Part shown: piece after piece, positions 54,365-64,000 of the stretch
Layout: the number at the start of each line of letters is the position of its first letter
How positions within the stretch are numbered: position 1 is the stretch's first letter
Assembly (NCBI RefSeq): GCF_009914755.1
Contig: NC_060932.1
Source: the human T2T-CHM13v2.0 reference genome, Homo sapiens
Length of the DNA stretch: 64,000 bases
Strand: one strand, 5' to 3'
Notes under the pieces: generated by a model
The model's database searches: none
What the model was told of the DNA's origin: nothing
What the model saw: only the letters and a program-made list of their open reading frames with translations
Made by a program: the position numbers and the translations under genes

Positions 54365-54560
54365 ACTAAAAGAATAATAACAATAATAAAAGTTATTTGT
54401 TGAGACCTTGTTATATCCCATCCATTCATTTTGTCAAACAGCCTTCAGCATAAATATCATCCCCATTATTCACATGAGAAAACTGAGGCACAGAGAGATA
54501 TTGTAGGATACTCATTCACATAGCCAATAAATTGTCCAATTTGAAACCATACTTTCCTCC
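54365..54560 (-). mobile_element. MIR SINE
   Basis: catccccattattcacatgagaaaactgaggcacagaga. Confidence 0.75.
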
Positions 54561-57500
54561 CCCTTTTTTGCTTACCATTCCTCAAATCTGGTTGCAATGG
54601 CTGGGATAACACCTGCACGATGTTGCTGCTGTCTTGCAAACTAAACTCAGTCCCAACTACTCATGTTTAGCTTACCTGGTCAGCCCTCTTAGATTTACTA
54701 AATGTGCACAGCCCTCCCTAATCTCACACCTAGTTTCTTATGGTCATCAATTTCAGTCAGTGTCTACCCAGTGGATGAATTGAGACATCCTGGAAGATCA
54801 GAATGCCAAGGAAATATGGTCCTTCATACCAAACCTCTTTCTTGTTACTATCGTGATATAAGACATGGGAAGGAGTCCCTGTAACGGAGACCTCTGATGA
54901 AAGATGTACCCGTGTTTTCCAGGAAACATGTTGGAGGCTGGGTCCTGAAACATGTTATAGGTCTGAACCCTGACATGTTTATTTATTTATTCTGAGCAAT
55001 TTGCCCAACCCTAGAAGCCTTGTACATCATAACATGGATGTGCTTTCTTAATTATTCATGCCATTAATAATTGACACCATTAATAACACTGCAATACCGT
55101 TAATAATTGAGCGCATAAAATGGAATTCTCTGGAATTAATTTATTATCATTAATTTTCTCTGCCAGCTTGCTCATTAGAATTGTAGTCAGGCTCTGTGCA
55201 TCAAATTATTTAACTTTTTCAGGCTTAAAGGCCAAGGAATCATGGAATGCACTTCAACCACTTCCTTTTCTTGCTATTAACAGATCCCCTTTCACCTTTT
55301 CGCTCTCTAGGAAAGAGGGGAAAGCTTTTCATAAACAACTCCACAGCATTCAGCATATGCTCACTGCTGGCTTATAAAATGTGGGTTCAAGAATACAAGC
55401 AAGGAGGAAAGCTGCCTATGGAGACACACAGCCTTGCAACAAACGTGCTCTCAGGGCTAACAGTGCTCCCAAGCCAGGTCCAGAATTCAGCTCCTTTCTT
55501 GCCATAGACCCAATGAGTTGTGGTGCTCACCATCCCTATTTAAAGCTTTGCCACCTATCTGCTCTTCCAGGATCCCTCTTCCTTAAGCTGGACAAGGCAG
55601 AATATTCCTACCTCCCTCAATCTCTCCTTGATGCTATCTTTGAAGACAGGCCCACTGACCCTTTTAAGAATTTCAGAGCCAATTACAATAAAGAAAGTGA
55701 AAGGAGTGAACAAGAATTATCTACGTAGATAATACACACAGGCTCAAATTTTGATGTTAGAGATCCCTAATCCTCACGCAAGGCACTGAAATTTATTGAG
55801 ACTAATCTCTTTTTCTAGAAATGGGTATAATAACTATGGCAAAGGTAAAAGTGGTAGTCCTGGAGATGCACTGCCCCAGGACCACATTCTAGGGAGGGAC
55901 CTGATTCCCAGGTAAAGGAAAGTGTTAGCAGACAGCTTCCAGCTGTCAGCTTCTTCAAGATCTGAGCAGGTACACAGAATAACTTATGTTAGGTCACACA
56001 CTTCCCAGGTAGGATGACCAACTCATTTGGTTTACCTGGGACTTCCCTGGCACCAAGTCCTGCAGCCCAGGATGGGTCTCTGTGCTGGAGCTTGACCCTA
56101 TGGGTACATCTGTAAAAGCAAAGACATTTGCCCTCAACATCTGACAAGGACAATCTTTGTGAAGTTCTGGGTTTATTGTCTGGAACAACAGACAGCAGTT
56201 AAGTCTGTTCTTCTCCCCACCCCGACTCCCTGCCCACACCAGCTGAGCTGAGTACAGCTGCCCACAAAACCCACTGGGATATTCTGACAAGAAAATTAAT
56301 GCATTATATTCCTCCTATGAACTCCCAAAACACACCATAACTTCCTAATGGTGCTCTCTACATTTTGTCTTTTATTATAGCTATTGCTGAACTTGTCTTC
56401 CTCTCTCTCGGGGACTGTGAGCCTCAGACCTCATGCCAGTTACTGACACATTTGTGTTTGAAGAAATGAGCAAATGATTGGCACACTGCAACCTACACTT
56501 CTCTCTCATATGCCCATTAAACTTTAAGAGAATTCCAACATCGAGACATTAAACGTATGTGAAAACCTGTGACATTCAAACCTAGGTTCTCTGACCTCCA
56601 CCTGAAATCCTAAAATCTGTTTTGCTTAACTCTTAGGTTTGTTTGTGCATAAATGAATCTGTTAAATAATAGATGCAAAATCACTTTAGAAATTATTTAT
56701 GTAAAAGGTTAAAGCTAGAAATACTTCTATATCTGTGTTTAAACATAGTCTAATCCAGTCTTTAAGATAAGCCAACCTTTGTCAATTTGGAATTGCTGTT
56801 CCAAATTGTAATGAAGCTTTCTGATAAAAAGAAATAAAGAAATTGATATTATCCAGTACCAGATACTTATTGCTAATCTTCTCTTAATGTATTGCATGGT
56901 TCAGTTTGCATTTTAGGAGCTTTGAAAATCTTATCTCTGCATACTGTATTTTCCCTTATGCTTCTGCAGGTATCTATAAATACATATGATCATGTGCTCT
57001 GGAATGCAAATTGTGGCTGTTTTCCCATCTCTCTGACCTCATTTAACCTTTCTCCTGGATTTAGTCCTCCTGACTAACCTGAGGGACAAAATTCACAGTT
57101 TCACCTGGATGCTTTGATGAAGGATACTTAACCCCAGTGATAGAAATAATCTTATCTCCATTGAAACTTATCAACTATTAATTAGTTCACTCACTGACCA
57201 GGGCTCCATCTGCACCAGATGATATTAAATGCTATAAGAAAAGTAAACCTCTGGGATACAGAGGCCCTAGAATTTGAAACTGTTTACTTTCCTGCTATTA
57301 GGGTTTGAAATTGTTTACTATCCCAAATTAAGTATAAAACACAGCTTCAACAAAAAATGTTATAGTAAGTATCATCATCTGACATACTATATATTGATTC
57401 ATTTATGTGTTTATTATATATATGCCTCCAATATAATTTCAATGAGGTTAAGGATTTATGTAAGGAGTACCTATCACAGTAATTTTTTTCCCTGCTAAAT

Positions 57501-57799
57501 GAGTAAATGATGAATTTTGAATTTTCAAACTTGAAACATCTCAAATGGAAAAAACCTCCAAAGCCATCTAGTTCAACTGGCACTCTGCATCTCTGTGAGC
57601 AGTTATCATCCTGAATGTGAAACTTTCCAGGAAAAGGGCTCATTATCTCCCAGGAAAGCAGCTCAGTCATTTTGCTTCAATTGTGCCATCAAATAAGTTT
57701 ACTCACAGGACACTGTTTTCCTAACATCATACTGACTTTTGCATTCATTACAAAGCTATGAGCCTTAGAGCTACCTTTGAGGTTCAAGTCAAAGTTTTT

Positions 57800-57970
57800 C
57801 ACAGACAACATTTATAGAATTTCTATTGTGTTCTAGGTGCTTTGCTCACACTAAGGAAGTAATGTTTTGTGTACCCATTTTCTAGATGAGCCAAATGAGC
57901 TTTAGAGAGGTTCTTACTAAGGCACTCAGCTAAACAGTGGCAGAGAATTTAGTTCTGAGTTCAGGACTTC
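57800..57970 (-). mobile_element. MIR SINE
   Basis: cccattttctagatgag...tagagaggtt...cagtggcagag. Confidence 0.65.
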
Positions 57971-59820
57971 CTAACATTATTATATTCATTGTTCAAAATA
58001 ATAACAATTGCAGAACACGTAGATAGCTTACAAAAGGCTCACAGATCTCTCTCACTCAAAATTTATCAGCACTTAATGAGTAAGGAAGGCATAATTCATA
58101 CTGAAGCTAGAGCTTGAGAGACATGTTTAAGATGATAAATAGTAGAGCTGAGTTAAAACAAGTTAACTGGAAATAAATTTCATGTTGTTTACACTAATAC
58201 CACATCACTACAAAAAAAAAAGTTTCACATTCTGTAAGTTAAATCCTTCCAAAATATTGACATTTATTATAATCACTGAATTAATAGATATATCCTTATT
58301 GTATTTCTATCAATCATAAGCCATGATTGGAACTGAAAGGGTAAGGATGAAGAAGGTATCAGCTCTACATGCTATGAATTCACAATCTTGTTGGAGACAA
58401 AAAGACATTCACAAAAAGGTTCAGGAATATTACAGAAGAGGGTAAGAGTTAGGAGTCATGCTAGCTCCGAGACATCAGCACAGGGAAGATATTTCATCCA
58501 GCTAGTCTCTGTAGTTACTTGTGAACACATTTTTCTCCTCTATTAGATTGTAAATATCTTAAGGGCAAGAATGATGTCTTGGACATTTTGATATCCTCTT
58601 AGCATGTGACAGGGAACTTTGCACAAAGTCGGTGAAAATGATGGTGATGTTGTATACCACAAACTATGATTTTACACAATGGCATAGCCATTCATCTGTT
58701 CAAATAAATCAATATCCTACATGGATTTACTCTTTTGTTGGGGAAGATGATCTATACCTGGCAATGAGAGTAAGTATGGTTGTCGAAGGAAAGAGAAGAT
58801 TTTAACAATATAGAAATACCAACACCTCATTTCTATCAAAACAAGAACTGGTAGAACCAGGATTCAATGTTGCTAAGATTGAATGAAAAGGTTTCATGTC
58901 CTAGGGATAATTTTTTTTACAATAAATAAAGCTTTTTAGTGGAGGTGGCTTTTGATATGGGCCTTGCATGATAAATAGGTGATCAGCAGCCATACAGTGG
59001 AACACAAGAATAGGACTTGATATTATTTTGTATGGCTTTTCTAGTTTCTGACACAAGACACTTGAAAGCAGAATCAACAGCTCAATTATGTAAACAGAGA
59101 ATTCATTCACCCTTGTGCAAGAAAATCTAGTGTGATCGCTTAATAATATATATTTACTCTGCATGAGTCTCTGGCCCACATTAAAAGAAAATTGCACTTA
59201 GAGCTATCCCTGCTATAGCTGTCTCCTTGGCTATAGAAATGTATGCAGAAAAAAATGACTGTAACAGCATGTATAATGTTAAAAGTGTCAGAATTTGAAG
59301 GAGATAATCTAGTAGTACTTACTAAGGCTTAGTATTTTAAATTTAAAGAATAGAATCATATTCTTACCATCCATGTGTAATTCAGCTGTCTTTGCATTCT
59401 TGTTTGTAAAGAGAATATATCTTACACCCACCAATACCAAAAAGTTCTATATGCTTGCTTTGAGGCAAACTGTACTACTAGAACTATACCTGATTAGATC
59501 AATTTCAGAATCTGAAATTTTCATTTACTAAAGCCTATGAAACAACAATTCTAAAACAGCCTTTCACCTAAAATCAAGTCATCCACTTAGGTGCAGACAC
59601 CAGCTGTAATACAATCTGCTACAAAATACCAAGAGAGCTGAACTCTTTGAACTTTGTGGGTATTCAATGCCAATCTTTATGTATGTTCTTTAGGGTTTTC
59701 CTGGTTCATGTATCTGTGTTGGCTGTTTAGGGGGTGATAAGTAGTCTTAGCTCTTTTTCCTCTGAGTTCAGTTCAGATTGAGGCAAGAATATTAGACTGA
59801 ACCCGGGAGGCAGAGGTTCA

Positions 59821-60595
<775 letters not shown>

Positions 60596-60602
60596 CTGGT
60601 TG

Positions 60603-62890
60603 CAGATTCCCTCGGTGTTTGTTTGTATGAGAAAGTCTTTGTTTCTCTTTCATTTTTAAAAAATAATTTCACAGGCTACAAAATACCAGGTTGGTGAGTT
60701 TTTTTTTTTTCTCTGAACTCTTTAAATATTTTCTTTCACTCTTTTCTTACTTGCAGGATTTCTGAGGACAAGTCAAATATAATTCTTATCTTTGCTCCTC
60801 TATAGATAAAGTATTTTTTCCACTGGATTCCTTCAGAATTTTTTCATTAATTTTCTGTAGTTTGAGTGTGATATTGCTAGGTATAGTTTTCTGCATTTAT
60901 CCTGCTTGGTATTCCCTGAAATTCATGAATCTGGTTTGGTGTCTCTTGTGCCAGGTTCTAATTAGCCTAGTTGTGCTAACTCATGACTCAGTGGCCAATA
61001 AAATGCTTACGAATTCACAGTTTATTTCAAGCCTTTCACACATTATGCAAATTATGCAAATATATTCAATATACACAATGGGAGGAGGGTACTAGGGAAG
61101 GAACCACAGAGAGTAGCTCAGCTAGGGAGACCAACATGCTGACAGGACAGCACCAATACACTGGGGGTTGGGAGCAATCCATGGGGACATGGGGGTGTTG
61201 CTGCTCTTTTCTCAGAGGAGAGCTCTAGCAACAACAGCAGAAGGAAAGGAGGCCTCAGTGTTCTCATGGGCAGAGATTCTGTAAGCACCTTGCCATGGTC
61301 AGTCTCTTTGCAGTTTTTATGCCCCTCCACAGGAGTGTCCATGGCCATTATCTTTAGCTGTATTTTGGCTTCACTTTCCTGTCAGGTCTCAAAAAGGTCT
61401 GGCCACAGCAGGTGACATCTGATTACCTCAATCCACCATACATACATTCATCATTCTGAGGGTTCAGTAATGTCACTATAAGCTGAATCACTTGTCATAA
61501 GTACTCCATTTTGAGATATTTAGTATTACAAAGCATTATCCTATATCAATGTCTGACATTAATTAAGAAATTCTCAGTCATTTTTGTTTCAAATATTTAT
61601 TCTCTTCCTTTCTCTCTTTGTTCTCCTTCTGGTACTGCCATTTCATGTATTTACACTTCTTGTAGTTATCCCACAGTTCTTGAATATTCTGTTCCCTTTT
61701 TTAGTTTAGTTTTATTTTCTTTGTTTTTCAGTTTGGGAGGTTCCTGTTGATATATTCTCAAGCACAGTGATTATTTCTTCAGCCATGTCTAGTCTACTAG
61801 TGAGAGCATCAAAGGCATTCTTTATTTCTGTTACACTGTTTTTTATCTCTAGCATTTCTTTCTTAGTTCTTTCTTAGGATTTTCATCTCTCTGCTTACAT
61901 TGTGCATCTGTTCTTGCAATGCTGTCTACTTTATCCATTAAAGCCCTTATCATATTAAGCATAGTTGTTTTAAATCCCTGGTCTGATAATTCCAACATCC
62001 CTACCAGGCCTCGTTCTGATATTTCTTCTGTCTTTTCAAATTGTGTTTTTTGCTTTTTAGTGTATCTTGTAATTTTTTTATTGATAGCCAGACATGAGAC
62101 ACTGGTAAAAGGAACTGTTACAATAAGGCCTTTAGTGGTGGTAAAATGTAGGGGGATGGGCAGTGTTTATAGTCTTAGAACCAAGTCTCAGTCTTTTAGT
62201 GAACCCCACACCTCTGGCTCATGAACTTCATAAATGCCTCTCAGGTTTGTTTTCTTTTTCTTTATTTTCTTTCTTTTTTTTACTTCAGGTGTTTCTACAT
62301 GGAAAGCTGGAGCTGGCTGAAGTTGGGTATTTCCCTTCCTGCTGGTCAGTGTGGCTGAGATAAAACTCTGGCAGGCTCTAGTTAGCTAATTTCTCTGAGG
62401 ACAGATTTTGTTGAGAACAGAGTGCACTGATATATTTCAAAATCGTTCCTTTTCCCCTCCCCCTGCCAGAATAAGAGAGGACTTTTCTCTCATATTTACT
62501 ATGAGAGCCTGGTTGAATTCCTGAGACAAAACTCACAAAAGTGTGGGGCCCCCCTATGACTAGGTCCCTCAGGAGTTTTTAAGTCTCACACTTGTCTACT
62601 TTGAACCACCAGCAATTTGTCAACTACGGTTCTGGATTCCCAACTCCAGCACTGGTTCCCATGGGGATTTCTGCTCCTGAGTTTCTGCTCCAGTGAGTTG
62701 TGATTCTCTGTATTCATCTGCCTGTCTCTCCAGCTTTAGAGGCAGCAGTTTGCCCTGTGACCTACTTCTCTTATAGATCTAAGAAGAATTGATCCATGTT
62801 GATTTTTCAGTTGCTCAGCTTTTCCCTTATTATTAGGATGGAGTGGTGACTTTCAAGCTCTTTACATGCAGAACCAGAAACCAAAGTTCC
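60603..62890 (-). mobile_element. L1M (L1MC/MD-type) 5' UTR/ORF1 region, interrupted by an LTR
   Basis: ttgtttgtatgagaaagtcttt...cttcagccatgtctagtctactagtgag...ttgatttttcagttgctcagcttttccc...tttcaagctctttacatg. Confidence 0.75.
60947..61548 (-). mobile_element. ERVL-class solo LTR (MER76-like)
   Basis: About 600-bp block tgtgccagg...cctatatca (TG..CA) that interrupts the colinear L1 (ggtgtct | tgtctgacattaatt). Family name tentative. Confidence 0.55.
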
Positions 62891-62899
62891 ACGGTAATT

Positions 62900-63190
62900 T
62901 TTAAAGCAAAAAAAATTACTAAATATTAAAAGGTATGGTTTTTGATTATAAAAGCATCAACCTTTAAGGAAAATGTACCATTGCAAAATTTGTATCCACC
63001 TAATAACATAGCTTCAAAATACTTTATAAAGCAAGTACTAACAGAACTAAGAGAAATAGACAAATTCAGTCACTTGGCAGAAGTTAATGCATATGTCTGT
63101 AAAGTTCTGATTAAGGTAAGCAGACATAAATTCAGTAAGAATTTGTGATATTTAAATATTATGAATAATAAATATGAATTACTCCACACA
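62900..63190 (+). mobile_element. Old L1 ORF2 endonuclease-region fragment
   Basis: ORF 62942-63148 (NLYPPNNIASKYFIKQVLTELREIDK) resembles the L1 endonuclease segment NIYAPN..A..FIKQ.L..L. Confidence 0.7.
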
Positions 63191-63199
63191 GAGAACTGT

Positions 63200-63562
63200 T
63201 GATATGGTTTGACTCTGTGTCCCCCTGCCAAATCTCATCTTGTAGCTCCCATAATTCCCACATGTTATTCCCACAGGGACCTGGTGGGAGATGTTTGAAT
63301 CACGGAGGCAGGTCTTTCCCATGCTGTTCTCATGATAGTGAATAAATATCACGAGATCTGATGGTTTTAAAAAAGAGGAGTTTCCTTGCACAAGCTCTCT
63401 CTCTTTGCTTGCCACTATCCATGTAAGATGTCACTTGCTCCTCCTTGCCTTTCACCTTCCGCCATGATTATGAGGCCTCTCCAGCCATGTGGAACTGTAA
63501 GTCCAATAAACCTCTTTCTTTTGTAAACTGCCCAGTCTCAGACATGAAAACGGACTAATACA
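63200..63562 (+). mobile_element. THE1A/B solo LTR
   Basis: tgatatggtttgactctgtgtcccc...gtccaataaacctc...cggactaataca. TSD actgt / actat. Confidence 0.93.
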
Positions 63563-64000
63563 ACTATGAATCTAATAACTGCAGAAAAAAATAATCCACA
63601 AGGGAATCTGAGGAATGTATAGAAAACATACTTTTATTATTGTTGATGGTGAATTAGAGGAAGTGCTTTACCCTTTGTCAAGGTAAGCCTTTCAACTGCT
63701 GCTTCTACCACCACCACCTCCATCACATTAAACTTATCTTCCTGTATTAAGTAGCTGGACAGTTGTAGACCTGCCAATGAGGAGGAAGAAGAGAAAAGAA
63801 AACCAAGGCTGTGTACTTGTAGATCTGATTTTCCAAATTCCACATTCAGATCAGGTGCTTCTTTTGTGAGGAGGGTGGCACAGAAAGTCAGAACTGTTTC
63901 TGTCCTAATTAATTTCTCTCCTGATAGTGGAAGTTTCCTCCTGGAAATATGTTAATTAGAAACTGTGCTTCCTTCAGATTTATCCATGTTATCATAAATG

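Noticed and set aside
55381-55728. 115-aa plus-strand ORF with protein-like composition
   Set aside because: Non-ATG start, no homology I recognise, no supporting splice or promoter context.
56783-56808. Perfect 10-bp hairpin CAATTTGGAA/TTCCAAATTG (similar 9-bp stem at 4715-4739)
   Set aside because: AT-rich short stems are expected by chance and have no supporting context.

Overview
This window is primate (very probably human or hominid) non-coding genomic DNA. It is AT-rich, has no CpG island, and contains no protein-coding gene, RNA gene or CRISPR array that I can support. Roughly half of it is recognisable interspersed repeat: nine near-full or truncated Alus (AluJ, AluS, AluY), L1 fragments (L1PB, L1MA, L1MD and L1ME types), many MIR, L2 and L3 relics, solo LTRs (LTR1, THE1 x2, MSTB, MLT2A1 and older ones), a rearranged ERVL provirus fragment and DNA-transposon fossils (MER63, MER33, MER47, MER5, MER58B). 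There is also a compound GATA microsatellite. All longer ORFs in the track are Alu-, L1- or ERVL-derived or look like chance ORFs. Repeat family names come from remembered consensus sequences and their boundaries are approximate unless target-site duplications (TSDs) are quoted. I found no evidence for a new biological system. The most interesting items are: a minus-strand recursive-splice-site-like motif (pyrimidine tract-CAG|GTAAGA) in a repeat-free, CpG-retaining island near 48.1 kb; a cluster of templated local duplications at 24.7-26.5 kb; an internally inverted ERVL fragment; an orphan polyadenylated retrocopy inside a MIR; a near-pristine, possibly polymorphic AluY; and a few candidate enhancers.
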